Assembly: GCF_988242995.1 (NCBI RefSeq)
Contig: NZ_OZ547043.1
Strand: one strand, 5' to 3'
Length of the DNA: 64,000 bases
Within the stretch, counting starts at the first letter, position 1. Every line of letters starts with the position of its first letter. This document shows, piece by piece, positions 22,838-33,921 of the stretch. The translations under genes were made by a program, and so were the position numbers. Under the pieces are notes generated by a model, which saw only the letters and a program-made list of their open reading frames with translations, was not told the DNA's origin and made no database searches.

Positions 22838-23950
22838 ATGACCGCCTTAAATAAAAAATGGCTATCGGGTCTGGTTGCGGGTGCTCTGATGGCCGTCTCT
22901 GTCGGCACGCTCGCGGCTGAACAAAAAACACTCCACATTTATAACTGGTCTGATTATATCGCCCCGGACACGGTGGCCAATTTTGAAAAAGAAACCGGTA
23001 TTAAAGTCGTCTACGATGTTTTCGACTCTAACGAAGTACTGGAAGGCAAATTAATGGCGGGTAGCACCGGCTTTGACCTGGTGGTGCCGTCAGCAAGCTT
23101 TCTTGAACGCCAGTTGACTGCGGGAGTTTTCCAGCCGCTGGATAAAAGCAAATTGCCGGAGTGGAAGAATCTCGACCCGGAACTGCTGAAGTTGGTTGCC
23201 AAACACGACCCGGATAATAAATTTGCTATGCCCTATATGTGGGCGACAACCGGGATTGGCTATAACGTCGATAAAGTCAAAGCGGTGCTGGGCGAAAACG
23301 CGCCCGTCGATAGCTGGGACTTGATCCTCAAACCTGAAAATCTGGAAAAACTGAAAAGCTGCGGCGTCTCTTTCCTTGATGCACCGGAAGAAGTGTTTGC
23401 TACCGTGCTGAATTATCTCGGCAAAGATCCCAACAGCACTAAAGCGGATGATTACACCGGACCGGCAACCGATCTGCTGTTAAAGCTGCGCCCGAACATT
23501 CGTTATTTCCATTCATCTCAATACATTAACGACCTGGCAAACGGCGATATTTGCGTCGCTATCGGCTGGGCAGGTGATGTCTGGCAGGCGTCAAACCGCG
23601 CGAAGGAAGCGAAGAATGGCGTTAATGTCTCGTTCTCGATTCCGAAAGAAGGGGCGATGGCGTTCTTTGATGTCTTCGCCATGCCTGCGGATGCCAAAAA
23701 TAAAGACGAAGCCTATCAGTTCCTGAATTACCTGCTGCGCCCGGATGTGGTGGCGCATATTTCCGACCATGTGTTCTATGCCAACGCGAACAAAGAAGCT
23801 ACGCCGCTGGTAAGCGCGGAAGTGCGTGATAATCCAGGGATTTATCCTCCGGCGGACGTTCGTGCGAAGTTGTTCACTCTGAAAGTGCAGGATCCAAAAA
23901 TAGACCGTGTGCGCACCCGCGCGTGGACCAAAGTGAAGAGCGGAAAATAA
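22838..23950 (+). CDS. potF: putrescine ABC transporter periplasmic binding protein PotF
   Basis: ORF track 22688-23950 trimmed to ATG at 22838 (MTALNKKWLSGLVAG..., signal peptide), 370 aa. Confidence 0.93.
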   Translation: MTALNKKWLSGLVAGALMAVSVGTLAAEQKTLHIYNWSDYIAPDTVANFEKETGIKVVYDVFDSNEVLEGKLMAGSTGFDLVVPSASFLERQLTAGVFQPLDKSKLPEWKNLDPELLKLVAKHDPDNKFAMPYMWATTGIGYNVDKVKAVLGENAPVDSWDLILKPENLEKLKSCGVSFLDAPEEVFATVLNYLGKDPNSTKADDYTGPATDLLLKLRPNIRYFHSSQYINDLANGDICVAIGWAGDVWQASNRAKEAKNGVNVSFSIPKEGAMAFFDVFAMPADAKNKDEAYQFLNYLLRPDVVAHISDHVFYANANKEATPLVSAEVRDNPGIYPPADVRAKLFTLKVQDPKIDRVRTRAWTKVKSGK

Positions 23951-24044
23951 TCCGCAGTCGTAGATGCCGGACGGGCGCACCACGCCCGCCGGCAATTCGC
24001 ACCATTATGGTGCGCTTGCACACATTCAATGCCGGAGAGCAGCC

Positions 24045-25178
24045 GTGAATGACGCTATCCCTCGCCCGCAGGCGAAAACCCGTAAGGCGCTGACGCCGCT
24101 ATTAGAAATCCGTAATCTGACTAAATCTTACGATGGTCAGCATGCGGTCGATGATGTCAGCCTGACCATCTATAAAGGCGAAATCTTCGCGCTGCTGGGC
24201 GCATCCGGCTGTGGCAAGTCCACGCTGCTGCGTATGCTGGCAGGTTTCGAACAACCTTCTGCCGGGCAGATTATGCTCGATGGCGTCGATTTGTCACAGG
24301 TTCCGCCTTACCTGCGCCCCATCAATATGATGTTTCAGTCTTACGCGCTGTTTCCGCATATGACCGTGGAACAGAACATCGCTTTTGGCCTGAAACAGGA
24401 CAAACTACCGAAAGCGGAAATTGCCAGCCGGGTCAATGAGATGCTCGGCCTGGTGCATATGCAGGAGTTCGCCAAACGCAAACCGCATCAGCTTTCCGGC
24501 GGTCAGCGACAGCGTGTGGCACTGGCCCGAAGCCTTGCCAAGCGCCCGAAACTATTACTGCTCGATGAGCCTATGGGCGCGCTGGATAAAAAGCTGCGTG
24601 ACCGGATGCAGCTTGAAGTGGTGGATATTCTGGAGCGTGTCGGTGTGACCTGCGTGATGGTTACTCACGATCAGGAAGAGGCGATGACCATGGCGGGGCG
24701 CATCGCCATTATGAATCGTGGGAAATTTGTCCAGATTGGCGAACCGGAAGAGATCTATGAGCATCCGACCACCCGCTATAGCGCTGAATTTATTGGCTCG
24801 GTTAATGTCTTTGAATGTGTACTCAAAGAGCGCCAGGAAGATGGTCTGGTGCTTTATTCGCCGGGGCTGGTGCATCCACTGAAAGTCGATGTAGATGCTT
24901 CGGTGGTCGATAACGTGCCGGTGCATGTGGCGCTTCGCCCGGAAAAAATCATGCTTTGCGATCAACCGCCTGCTGACGGCTACAATTTTGCGGTGGGGGA
25001 GGTGATACACATTGCCTATCTCGGCGATCTTTCGGTGTATCACGTTCGTCTGAAAAGTGGGCAAATGATTAGCGCCCAGCTACAAAACGCCCATCGTCAT
25101 CGTAAAGGGTTACCGACCTGGGGCGATGAAGTGCGTTTGTGCTGGGAAGTGGACAGCTGTGTGGTGCTGACGGTTTAA
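24045..25178 (+). CDS. potG: putrescine ABC transporter ATP-binding protein PotG
   Basis: Trimmed to GTG at 24045 (MNDAIPRPQ...), 377 aa; Walker A GASGCGKST, signature LSGGQRQR. Confidence 0.92.
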   Translation: MNDAIPRPQAKTRKALTPLLEIRNLTKSYDGQHAVDDVSLTIYKGEIFALLGASGCGKSTLLRMLAGFEQPSAGQIMLDGVDLSQVPPYLRPINMMFQSYALFPHMTVEQNIAFGLKQDKLPKAEIASRVNEMLGLVHMQEFAKRKPHQLSGGQRQRVALARSLAKRPKLLLLDEPMGALDKKLRDRMQLEVVDILERVGVTCVMVTHDQEEAMTMAGRIAIMNRGKFVQIGEPEEIYEHPTTRYSAEFIGSVNVFECVLKERQEDGLVLYSPGLVHPLKVDVDASVVDNVPVHVALRPEKIMLCDQPPADGYNFAVGEVIHIAYLGDLSVYHVRLKSGQMISAQLQNAHRHRKGLPTWGDEVRLCWEVDSCVVLTV

Positions 25179-25187
25179 GGAGCAAAA

Positions 25188-26141
25188 ATGAGTACACTTG
25201 AACCTGCTGCCCAGTCGAAACCGCCGGGCGGATTTAAGCTGTGGTTGTCGCAGCTGCAAATGAAGCATGGGCGCAAACTGGTGATTGCGCTGCCGTATAT
25301 CTGGCTAATCCTGCTGTTTCTGCTGCCATTTCTGATTGTCTTTAAAATAAGCCTGGCGGAGATGGCGCGCGCTATTCCACCTTATACCGAACTGATGGAG
25401 TGGGCTGACGGGCAACTTTCCATCACTCTTAATCTCGGTAATTTCCTGCAACTGACCGACGATCCGCTCTATTTCGATGCTTATCTCCAGTCGTTACAGG
25501 TGGCGGCGATTTCGACTATTTGCTGTTTACTGATCGGCTATCCGCTGGCGTGGGCGGTGGCGCACAGTAAGCCTTCGACCCGTAATATCTTATTACTACT
25601 GGTGATCCTGCCGTCGTGGACCTCGTTTCTGATTCGTGTCTACGCCTGGATGGGAATATTAAAAAATAACGGCGTGCTGAATAACTTTCTGCTGTGGCTG
25701 GGGGTTATCGATCAACCGCTGACAATTCTTCATACCAATCTGGCCGTTTATATCGGCATTGTTTACGCCTACGTGCCGTTTATGGTGCTGCCGATTTATA
25801 CCGCGTTGATTCGTATTGATTATTCGCTGGTGGAAGCAGCACTGGATCTCGGTGCACGACCGCTGAAAACGTTCTTTACTGTGATCGTGCCGCTGACCAA
25901 AGGGGGGATTATTGCCGGATCGATGCTGGTATTTATCCCGGCTGTGGGCGAGTTTGTGATCCCGGAACTGCTCGGTGGCCCGGACAGCATCATGATCGGG
26001 CGCGTGCTGTGGCAGGAGTTCTTTAACAACCGCGACTGGCCGGTGGCCTCGGCGGTAGCGATCATCATGTTGCTGCTGCTAATTGTGCCGATAATGTGGT
26101 TCCACAAACACCAGCAAAAAAGCGTGGGAGAACACGGATGA
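25188..26141 (+). CDS. potH: putrescine ABC transporter permease PotH
   Basis: 317-aa membrane ORF; matches K-12 PotH. Confidence 0.93.
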   Translation: MSTLEPAAQSKPPGGFKLWLSQLQMKHGRKLVIALPYIWLILLFLLPFLIVFKISLAEMARAIPPYTELMEWADGQLSITLNLGNFLQLTDDPLYFDAYLQSLQVAAISTICCLLIGYPLAWAVAHSKPSTRNILLLLVILPSWTSFLIRVYAWMGILKNNGVLNNFLLWLGVIDQPLTILHTNLAVYIGIVYAYVPFMVLPIYTALIRIDYSLVEAALDLGARPLKTFFTVIVPLTKGGIIAGSMLVFIPAVGEFVIPELLGGPDSIMIGRVLWQEFFNNRDWPVASAVAIIMLLLLIVPIMWFHKHQQKSVGEHG

Positions 26142-26983
26142 ATAATTTACCGGTAGTTCGTTCGCCCTGGCGGATTGTGATTTTGCTGCTGGGCTTCACC
26201 TTTCTCTACGCGCCAATGCTGATGCTGGTGATCTATTCATTCAACAGCTCGAAGCTGGTGACGGTGTGGGCCGGCTGGTCAACGCGCTGGTATGGCGAAT
26301 TATTGCGCGATGACGCGATGATGAGTGCGGTTGGTTTAAGCCTGACAATTGCGGCCTGTGCGGCGACGGCGGCGGCGATCCTCGGGACGATTGCGGCGGT
26401 GGTGCTGGTGCGCTTTGGCAGGTTTCGCGGATCAAATGGTTTTGCCTTTATGATCACCGCGCCGCTGGTGATGCCAGATGTCATCACGGGCTTGTCGCTA
26501 TTGTTGTTATTCGTCGCGCTTGCTCATGCCATTGGCTGGCCTGCGGACCGCGGTATGCTCACCATCTGGCTGGCGCATGTCACTTTCTGTACGGCTTATG
26601 TGGCAGTCGTTATTTCGTCGCGTCTGCGGGAACTGGATAGCTCGATAGAAGAAGCAGCGATGGATCTTGGTGCGACGCCACTGAAAGTGTTTTTCGTCAT
26701 TACGCTACCGATGATCATGCCCGCGATCATTTCTGGCTGGTTACTGGCTTTTACTTTGTCGCTTGATGATCTGGTTATCGCCAGCTTTGTTTCCGGGCCG
26801 GGAGCCACCACGTTACCGATGCTGGTCTTTTCCAGCGTGCGGATGGGGGTGAATCCGGAAATCAACGCCCTGGCAACATTGATCCTCGGTGCGGTCGGAA
26901 TTGTCGGATTTATCGCCTGGTATCTGATGGCTCGCGCAGAAAAACAGCGGATACGCGACATCCAGCGTGCAAGACGTGGCTGA
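26138..26983 (+). CDS. potI: putrescine ABC transporter permease PotI
   Basis: Trimmed to MNNLPVVRSP..., ATGA overlap with potH stop; 281 aa. Confidence 0.93.
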   Translation: MNNLPVVRSPWRIVILLLGFTFLYAPMLMLVIYSFNSSKLVTVWAGWSTRWYGELLRDDAMMSAVGLSLTIAACAATAAAILGTIAAVVLVRFGRFRGSNGFAFMITAPLVMPDVITGLSLLLLFVALAHAIGWPADRGMLTIWLAHVTFCTAYVAVVISSRLRELDSSIEEAAMDLGATPLKVFFVITLPMIMPAIISGWLLAFTLSLDDLVIASFVSGPGATTLPMLVFSSVRMGVNPEINALATLILGAVGIVGFIAWYLMARAEKQRIRDIQRARRG

Positions 26984-27042
26984 AGACACTAAAATTTGCC
27001 AACCTGGCTACATAATGCCGCGCATGTCGCGGCATTGTTTTC

Positions 27043-27531
27043 ATGGAAGACGAAACGTTGGGATTTTTTAAGAAAACATCTTCATCTCATGCTCGCCTGA
27101 ATGTGCCTGCGCTGGTGCAGGTGGCGGCGCTCGCCATTATTATGATCCGTGGCCTCGACGTGCTGATGATTTTCAATACGCTGGGCGTGCGCGGTATTGG
27201 CGAGTTCATTCATCGCAGCGTACAAACCTGGAGTCTAACGCTGGTCTTTTTAAGCAGTCTGGTGTTGGTTTTTATTGAGATCTGGTGTGCGTTTTCACTG
27301 GTGAAAGGGCGTCGCTGGGCGCGCTGGCTGTATCTGTTGACACAAATCACGGCCGCAAGTTACTTGTGGGCGGCTTCGCTGGGGTATGGTTATCCGGAGC
27401 TGTTCAGCATTCCCGGTGAATCAAAACGTGAAATCTTCCATAGCCTGATGCTGCAGAAGCTGCCGGATATGCTCATCCTGATGCTGCTGTTCGTTCCCTC
27501 GACCAGTCGGCGGTTCTTCCAGTTGCAATAA
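27043..27531 (+). CDS. ybjO: inner membrane protein YbjO
   Basis: 162-aa hydrophobic ORF; synteny. Confidence 0.85.
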   Translation: MEDETLGFFKKTSSSHARLNVPALVQVAALAIIMIRGLDVLMIFNTLGVRGIGEFIHRSVQTWSLTLVFLSSLVLVFIEIWCAFSLVKGRRWARWLYLLTQITAASYLWAASLGYGYPELFSIPGESKREIFHSLMLQKLPDMLILMLLFVPSTSRRFFQLQ

Positions 27532-27571
27532 TGTGTATAATCGTCGCCCCTGATGATGTGAAGGTCAATGT

Positions 27572-28699
27572 ATGCAGTGCGCACTTTACGACGCGGGTCG
27601 CTGTCGTTCCTGTCAGTGGATAACGCAGCCGATTCCAGAGCAACTCTCCGCTAAAACCGCCGATCTTAAAAATCTGCTCGCCGACTTTCCGGTTGAGGAA
27701 TGGTGCGCGCCGGTGTCAGGCCCGGAACAAGGGTTTCGTAATAAAGCCAAAATGGTGGTGAGTGGTAGCGTTGAAAAAACACTGCTCGGTATGCTGCATC
27801 GAGACGGCACACCAGAAGACCTTTGTGACTGCCCGCTTTATCCTGACTCATTTGCGCCCGTTTTTGCGGCGCTAAAACCGTTTATCGCCCGAGCGGGGTT
27901 AACGCCCTACAACGTGGCGCGTAAGCGTGGCGAACTGAAATACATTCTGCTGACTGAAAGCCAGAGCGATGGCGGCATGATGCTGCGCTTTGTACTGCGT
28001 TCTGATACCAAGCTGGCGCAACTGCGTAAGGCGCTGCCGTGGTTACAGGAACAACTACCGCAGCTGAAAGTTATTACCGTCAATATTCAGCCGGTACATA
28101 TGGCGATTATGGAAGGGGAGACGGAGATCTACCTGACTGAACAACAGGCGCTGGCAGAGCGTTTTAATGACGTACCGCTGTGGATCCGTCCGCAAAGTTT
28201 CTTCCAGACTAATCCGGCGGTCGCCAGCCAGTTGTACGCCACCGCGCGCGACTGGGTACGACAGCTGCCGGTTAAACATATGTGGGATCTGTTCTGCGGC
28301 GTGGGGGGCTTTGGTTTACACTGCGCGACGCCTGACATGCAGTTAACCGGGATCGAAATTGCACCAGAGGCCATTGCCTGTGCGAAGCAGTCAGCCGCTG
28401 AACTGGGCTTAACGCGTTTGCAATTTCAGGCGCTGGACTCCACTCAGTTTGCCACCGCCCAGGGGGAAGTGCCTGAGCTGGTGCTGGTTAACCCGCCGCG
28501 CCGCGGCATTGGTAAACCGCTGTGTGATTATCTCTCAACGATGGCACCGCGTTTTATTATCTACTCCAGCTGTAACGCCCAAACCATGGCGAAAGATATC
28601 CGCGAACTGCCAGGTTACCGCATCGAACGGGTACAGCTTTTTGATATGTTCCCGCACACCGCGCACTATGAAGTGCTGACGCTGCTGGTGAAGCAATAA
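27572..28699 (+). CDS. rlmC: 23S rRNA (uracil747-C5)-methyltransferase RlmC (RumB)
   Basis: 375-aa ORF; N-terminal Cys cluster (CxxxxxxCRSC), SAM-dependent MTase motifs. Confidence 0.93.
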   Translation: MQCALYDAGRCRSCQWITQPIPEQLSAKTADLKNLLADFPVEEWCAPVSGPEQGFRNKAKMVVSGSVEKTLLGMLHRDGTPEDLCDCPLYPDSFAPVFAALKPFIARAGLTPYNVARKRGELKYILLTESQSDGGMMLRFVLRSDTKLAQLRKALPWLQEQLPQLKVITVNIQPVHMAIMEGETEIYLTEQQALAERFNDVPLWIRPQSFFQTNPAVASQLYATARDWVRQLPVKHMWDLFCGVGGFGLHCATPDMQLTGIEIAPEAIACAKQSAAELGLTRLQFQALDSTQFATAQGEVPELVLVNPPRRGIGKPLCDYLSTMAPRFIIYSSCNAQTMAKDIRELPGYRIERVQLFDMFPHTAHYEVLTLLVKQ

Positions 28700-28722
28700 A
28701 AAAGCCGCAGGTGCGGCTTTCT
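28698..28722. terminator. bidirectional intrinsic terminator between convergent rlmC and artJ
   Basis: aaaaAGCCGCAggTGCGGCTttct: 7-bp perfect stem flanked by A-run and T-run. Confidence 0.7.
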
Positions 28723-28727
28723 GAATC

Positions 28728-29459
28728 TTACTGCGGGAACCACTGGTCATTGATTTTCTGATATGTACCGTCAGCTTTAATTGCTGCCAGCGCATTATTC
28801 AGTTTTTCCAGCAGAGCTTTGTTATCCGGACGTACAGCGATACCCAGGCCGGTGCCGAAGTACTGCGGATCGGTCACTTTCTCAGTCGCAACGCCCAGTT
28901 GTGGATTGGTTTTCAGCCATTCGTTTACCACCGCTGTGTCACCAAATACCCCATCAATACGACCATTTTTCAGGTCGATAAAGGCATTCTGATAACTGTC
29001 ATAGGAGACAGTTTTCACTTCCGGGTGCTGATCCTGAATATATTTCTGGTGCGTGGTGCCGTTTTCCATCCCAATACGTTTGCCTTTCAGATCGGCAAAC
29101 GTTTTGTAGGTATCTTTTTTGGCAATCACGACGGCTGAGTTTTCATAGTAGGGCGTGGTAAAAGATACCTGTTTGCTACGCTCCGGGGTGATATCCATAC
29201 CGGAGATTACGGCGTCATATTTTCTGAATTTCAGTGACGGGATCAGGCTGTCGAACGCGTGATTAGTAAAAGTACATTCTGCCTGCATTTGTTTGCACAA
29301 GGCTTTTGCCAGATCGATATCAAAGCCGACAATCTCATTATTAGCACCTATAGATTCAAAGGGTGGATAGGTGGCTGAAACGCCAAAATTGATTTTCTCT
29401 GCGGCAGAAGCACCGAAAGTAAAGGAAGCAAGTAAAGCGGCAAGAACTAACTTTTTCAT
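28728..29459 (-). CDS. artJ: arginine ABC transporter periplasmic binding protein ArtJ
   Basis: ORF trimmed to MKKLVLAALLASF..., 243 aa, signal peptide; paralog of artI. Confidence 0.93.
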   Translation of the reverse strand: MKKLVLAALLASFTFGASAAEKINFGVSATYPPFESIGANNEIVGFDIDLAKALCKQMQAECTFTNHAFDSLIPSLKFRKYDAVISGMDITPERSKQVSFTTPYYENSAVVIAKKDTYKTFADLKGKRIGMENGTTHQKYIQDQHPEVKTVSYDSYQNAFIDLKNGRIDGVFGDTAVVNEWLKTNPQLGVATEKVTDPQYFGTGLGIAVRPDNKALLEKLNNALAAIKADGTYQKINDQWFPQ

Positions 29460-29519
29460 GATGGAACTCCCGTCTGTCAATCTTATGATTTTTGGCCGTG
29501 TCTGCGGCATGGGATAACA

Positions 29520-29570
29520 ATGCCATCAAGTGAATTTATATGCAATAAATATGATTAAATAATTTACATG
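29520..29570 (-). promoter_or_regulatory. artJ promoter region with AT-rich ARG-box-like repeats (candidate ArgR operator)
   Basis: tgaatttatatgcaataaatatgattaaataatttacatga resembles tandem ARG boxes; ArgR control of artJ is established. Confidence 0.4.
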
Positions 29571-29571
29571 A

Positions 29572-29609
29572 AATAAAAAAAGACGGACAACTTAGTGGGT
29601 TGTCCGTCT
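29572..29609 (-). terminator. intrinsic terminator of artPIQM operon
   Basis: 11-bp perfect stem AGACGGACAAC / GTTGTCCGTCT with 7-nt loop, followed (in transcript direction) by U-run. Confidence 0.75.
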
Positions 29610-29634
29610 TCATTATAAGAATTTATGCACTATG

Positions 29635-29672
29635 CAGGTCGGGTAAGACGTCCACGACGCATCCGGCATCAG
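29635..29672. repeat. REP (repetitive extragenic palindromic) element downstream of artM
   Basis: Minus-strand reads CTGATGCCGGATGCGTCGTGGACGTCTTACCCGACCTG, close to the REP consensus GCCGGATGCGGCG...CTTATCCGGCCTAC. Confidence 0.6.
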
Positions 29673-29684
29673 CACGAAGCCACA

Positions 29685-30353
29685 TTAATTCCGCCGTTCG
29701 AATGCCAGTGCTTTGCGCTCGATCAGACGCATCATCAGCGTCAGCAGACCGTTAACAATCAGGTAAATAATCCCTGCCGCACCGAACACCATGACATCGT
29801 AGGTGCGTCCGTACAACAACTGGCTATATCCCATCACTTCCATCAGCGTAATGGTGTAAGCCAGAGAGGTACTTTTGAACACCAGCACCACTTCGTTGGA
29901 ATAAGAAGAGAGCGAGCGTTTAAAGGCATACGGCAGCAGGATCGCCAGCGTATCTTTTTTGCTCATTCCCAGAGCGCTACAGGACTGCCACTGACCTTCC
30001 GGGATCGCACGAATTGCACCGTAAAACAGCTGCGTGGTATATGCTGCACTGTTCAGCGACAACGCAATCAGTGCGCATAACCACGGTTCTGACAACAGAT
30101 GCCACAGTGCCGGATACTTCTGCAACGTTGGGAACTGGCCCGGCCCGTAATAAATCAGGAAGATCTGCACCAGCAGCGGCGTACCGGTAAACAGCGTGAT
30201 ATAACCCCGCACCAGCCACACCAGCACCGGCGTTTTCAGCGTCAGGATGATGGTAAAAATCAACGCCAGAATCAGTGCCACAATCAGCGAGGCAACGGTT
30301 AGCGTCAAGCTGGTGTGCAGCCCTTTCATCAGTTCGGGTAAATACTCAAACAT
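29685..30353 (-). CDS. artM: arginine ABC transporter permease ArtM
   Basis: 222-aa membrane ORF matching K-12 ArtM. Confidence 0.93.
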   Translation of the reverse strand: MFEYLPELMKGLHTSLTLTVASLIVALILALIFTIILTLKTPVLVWLVRGYITLFTGTPLLVQIFLIYYGPGQFPTLQKYPALWHLLSEPWLCALIALSLNSAAYTTQLFYGAIRAIPEGQWQSCSALGMSKKDTLAILLPYAFKRSLSSYSNEVVLVFKSTSLAYTITLMEVMGYSQLLYGRTYDVMVFGAAGIIYLIVNGLLTLMMRLIERKALAFERRN

Positions 30354-31069
30354 TAGCTGGGCCTCCGCTCAAAACGTGTCGCGCGCAGGTCAATGCGTTT
30401 GAGAATGTACTGACTGAGCAGGGTGATCACCAGGTAAATCGCCGCCGCCACAATGTACCAGGTAAATGGTTCCTGGGTACGGGTAGCGATGCTTTTGGTT
30501 TGTAGCATTAAATCATTCACACTAATCAAACTGACCAGCGCGGTATCTTTCAGCAGCACCAGCCACTGGTTACCGAGACCAGGCAGCGCATGACGCCACA
30601 TCTGCGGCATCACCAGACGGAAAAAGATAGCCGATTTCGACAGCCCCAGCGCCTGGCCGGATTCCCACTGACCCATCGGCACCGCTTTCAACGCGCCGCG
30701 CAGCGTTTGCGAGGCATAGGCGGCATACAGCAGCGACAGAGCGATGACACCACAAAGGAACGGGCTAACGTCGAAGTTCTCAATGTCCATCTGCACCGGG
30801 ATCTGCACGAACCCAAGATTGATAGTGAAGCCATCCGAAAGCGTCAGCAGCAGCTGCGAGGAGCCAAAATAGATAAACAGCACCACCAGAATTTCTGGCA
30901 GGCCACGCAGAATGGTTACCAGCGCTGAACCTGCCCACGCGACAGGACGCCATTTTGCCGACTCCCATACCGCAAAGAACATCGCCAGCGCCAGCCCGAC
31001 AATCAATGCACAAACGGCAAGGCCGACGGTCATCCCGGCGGCGCTTGCTAAAGGAAAAAATTCATTCAT
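30353..31069 (-). CDS. artQ: arginine ABC transporter permease ArtQ
   Basis: 238-aa membrane ORF; stop/start coupled to artM. Confidence 0.93.
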   Translation of the reverse strand: MNEFFPLASAAGMTVGLAVCALIVGLALAMFFAVWESAKWRPVAWAGSALVTILRGLPEILVVLFIYFGSSQLLLTLSDGFTINLGFVQIPVQMDIENFDVSPFLCGVIALSLLYAAYASQTLRGALKAVPMGQWESGQALGLSKSAIFFRLVMPQMWRHALPGLGNQWLVLLKDTALVSLISVNDLMLQTKSIATRTQEPFTWYIVAAAIYLVITLLSQYILKRIDLRATRFERRPS

Positions 31070-31075
31070 CAGGAA

Positions 31076-31807
31076 TTACTTCTGGAACCATTTGTTATAG
31101 ATGGTTTCGTAAGTGCCATCTTTCTTCACTTTTTCCAGCGCAGTGTTGAGTTTCTGCTGCAGTTCAGTGTTGCCCTGACGTACCGCGATGCCGAGGCCAG
31201 TACCGAAATAATCTTTATCGGTCACTTTATCGCCCACTGCCGCCAGTTTCGGGTTGTCTTTCAGCCACTCGGTGACCACTGCAGTGTCACCGAATACGCT
31301 GTCGATACGACCGTTTTGCAGATCCAGTTTTGCGTTCTGGTAGCTGTCATACGGAACGGTGGTGATTTCCGGGTGCTTATCCATAATGAACTTCTGGTGT
31401 GTCGTCCCGTTCTGAACGCCGACTTTTTTGCCTTTCAGCTGATCAACACTGGTGTATTTGCCTTGCTGACCCACAAACAGGGCAGAGTTGTCATAGTACG
31501 GCGTGGTAAACAGCACCTGCTTTTCACGCTCCGGAGTGATATCCATGCCCGCCATCACTGCTTCTACGCGACGGAATTTCAGGCTTGGGATCAGGCTGTC
31601 AAACGCCTGGTTAGAGAAAGTACAGGTTGCATCAATCTCTTTACACAGTGCCTGTGCCAGGTCGACGTCAAAACCAACGATCTGGTTGTTTGCATCAATC
31701 GATTCAAACGGAGGATAGGAGGCTTCGGTAGCAAAACGAATAGTTTCGGCAGCTGTGGCGGAAAGACTAAAACCTGCAATTAACGCGGCAATCAGAACTT
31801 TTTTCAT
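31076..31807 (-). CDS. artI: arginine ABC transporter periplasmic binding protein ArtI
   Basis: 243-aa ORF with signal peptide, paralogous to ArtJ. Confidence 0.93.
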   Translation of the reverse strand: MKKVLIAALIAGFSLSATAAETIRFATEASYPPFESIDANNQIVGFDVDLAQALCKEIDATCTFSNQAFDSLIPSLKFRRVEAVMAGMDITPEREKQVLFTTPYYDNSALFVGQQGKYTSVDQLKGKKVGVQNGTTHQKFIMDKHPEITTVPYDSYQNAKLDLQNGRIDSVFGDTAVVTEWLKDNPKLAAVGDKVTDKDYFGTGLGIAVRQGNTELQQKLNTALEKVKKDGTYETIYNKWFQK

Positions 31808-31824
31808 TGTTGTTATCCCGAATA

Positions 31825-32553
31825 TTAGTGAGAGAGATAGTTTTTAAATGCTTCGGTTTGCGGCTCGGTAAAGCAGCTCGCGTCGCCTTGTTCTACGATA
31901 TGACCGTTTTCCATATACACTACTCGGCTGGCGGTTTTACGCGCCACTTCAACTTCGTGGGTGACGATCACCTGGGTAATATTCGTTTCTGCCAACTCAC
32001 GAATGATGCTGACGATTTGTGCCGTAATTTCCGGGTCCAGTGCGGCGGTCGGTTCATCGAACAGCAGTACCTGCGGTTCCATCATCAACGCACGGGCAAT
32101 AGCAACACGCTGCTGCTGACCACCAGAAAGATGCAGCGGGTAACGATCGCTATAAGGTTTGAGACGCAGACGTTCCAGCAGTTTTTCTGCACGGGTCAGC
32201 GCCTGATCTTTGCTCAACCCCAGTACACGGCAGGGCGCTTCAATCAGGTTTTGCTGCACGGTCAGATGCGGCCACAGGTTGTATTGCTGAAACACCATGC
32301 CAACGTTACGACGCAAATCGCGAATCGCTTTGTCAGAGGGTGTTTTGGTGAAATCGAAATGGTTGCCTGCAATGTTGAGCGTACCGGAGCGCGGCATCTC
32401 AAGCAGATTGAGTACACGCAGCAGCGAGCTTTTACCCGCGCCGCTGGGGCCAAGTAACACCAGCGTTTCGCCCTGTGGGCAATCCAGCGTGATATCGAAC
32501 AGCGCCTGATGCGCGCCGTAGAAGCAATTAATGCCGTTTAATTGAATACTCAT
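31825..32553 (-). CDS. artP: arginine ABC transporter ATP-binding protein ArtP
   Basis: ORF track extended to 32652; trimmed to [13 protein letters not shown]..., 242 aa; Walker [18 protein letters not shown]. Confidence 0.92.
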   Translation of the reverse strand: MSIQLNGINCFYGAHQALFDITLDCPQGETLVLLGPSGAGKSSLLRVLNLLEMPRSGTLNIAGNHFDFTKTPSDKAIRDLRRNVGMVFQQYNLWPHLTVQQNLIEAPCRVLGLSKDQALTRAEKLLERLRLKPYSDRYPLHLSGGQQQRVAIARALMMEPQVLLFDEPTAALDPEITAQIVSIIRELAETNITQVIVTHEVEVARKTASRVVYMENGHIVEQGDASCFTEPQTEAFKNYLSH

Positions 32554-32770
32554 TGACACTCGTATACTGGCAGTCTGATAGCTATTGAGGTCGAAGATAG
32601 TACCTTTGACAGAATAATTATGCAATATTTCTGCTTTAAAAGTTAAAAGCAAAGCGCATTATTCAATAAACATAGCACAAAATAACGGGGGCGGTGGTCG
32701 GCGAGCATAAATGTCGGCATTCCTCACGAAATGCCGGACAATTTACGGGGTTTATTGGTTGATCAAGGCG

Positions 32771-33286
32771 TTAGCGATTCTCGATGGACTGACGGAGCGT
32801 ACCCGCTGTGGCATGAACGCTACCGCCTAAGTAGCGCACATCGTCGATGACCCAACACTGGCCTTCCTGAATCATTAACACTTCATCCTGCCAGCCCTGG
32901 TCACCCTGTTTGAGATCCACGCGCAATGGAATGTTACGGGCATCACGATTAGGGATAGTCGATGCACTGGCAACGTGGGCGCTGTCTGGCAAGGTGGTTC
33001 GACTGGAGAACGGATCGCTGCTTAACAATTCACGATGACTGTTATCGCGGCTGGCATCGCTAAGTAGGGTTGCCAGTTTGTCACTCAAATAGGGGCGCAG
33101 GGCGGTAATGTCATTGCTGCGATGTTGAATGCGGTAGTCATAGAATTGTTGAGCCACGCTGTCAGGGCCACCCTGGACACAGGAACCGGTGCGGGGGCCG
33201 TTATCTTTATAAGCTGGCGTGACGGTGGTACAGGCACTCAGCAGCAGTGCACATGGAATAAGTAGAGATAGTGAACGGTAGCGCAT
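32771..33286 (-). CDS. ybjP: lipoprotein YbjP
   Basis: Lipobox LLSAC near N-terminus; 171 aa from MRYRSLSLL... Confidence 0.88.
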   Translation of the reverse strand: MRYRSLSLLIPCALLLSACTTVTPAYKDNGPRTGSCVQGGPDSVAQQFYDYRIQHRSNDITALRPYLSDKLATLLSDASRDNSHRELLSSDPFSSRTTLPDSAHVASASTIPNRDARNIPLRVDLKQGDQGWQDEVLMIQEGQCWVIDDVRYLGGSVHATAGTLRQSIENR

Positions 33287-33921
33287 AATCATTTCCTTAT
33301 TAGCTTGCTGTCTGTGTCACACTACGACCAAACACTATCAGATTATTTAATACATTGTTTTTAGTACAATTCTGAAACAATCTGAACACCTGATTAGGTT
33401 TGAGTCCATTGCTGGCTACCCACTCAAGGTTGCTCGTAGCTGACTTACTTAAATTACCCAAACAATAGACAGTGTAAACCATTTGTGAGGTTGAGCGTGT
33501 TATATGGCTGAAATGATCATTTAAGGTAAATATGATAGTTCTGAAATGGCGGGATAAATCCTCCTGTAGAGGTTAAGAGCATCTGCAAGAAGCCAGTTTC
33601 ACATTTATAACGCGTGATAAATGAACGCGGTTATTGTCTAATCATTACAGAATTTTTCACATGCAATAAGAGATCCTGCGATTAAGATGATTGCTAAAAT
33701 TACATTGTATTTTTGAAAATGAGCGAAATTTGATAGTCCCAGCTTTGACTTTTGATAATATTATATATGCTACAGTTGTGGGTAAAGAATTTAAGCTAAT
33801 GAGTTTGAGCGAAGAATAAATCAAACTGTATCAGTGTTTCGTTAATTAATATGAGTATAAATGCGTTGTGCTTTTATAATAATAAAGCACGAGGAGTTCA
33901 GAGGAATATCTTTTCCCTTGG

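Noticed and set aside
23951-24044. GC-rich hairpin in potF-potG spacer (TGCCGGACGGGCG...CGCCCGCCGGCA) as a REP element or attenuator
   Set aside because: Imperfect match to REP; could simply be an intercistronic stem-loop; insufficient evidence to annotate.
33300-33482. 60-aa ORF in the AT-rich leader of the island, and 82-aa ORF 35671-35919 at its other edge
   Set aside because: Short, no RBS, AT-rich random-looking translation; the second overlaps the end of the 593-aa ORF and the ybjQ start region.
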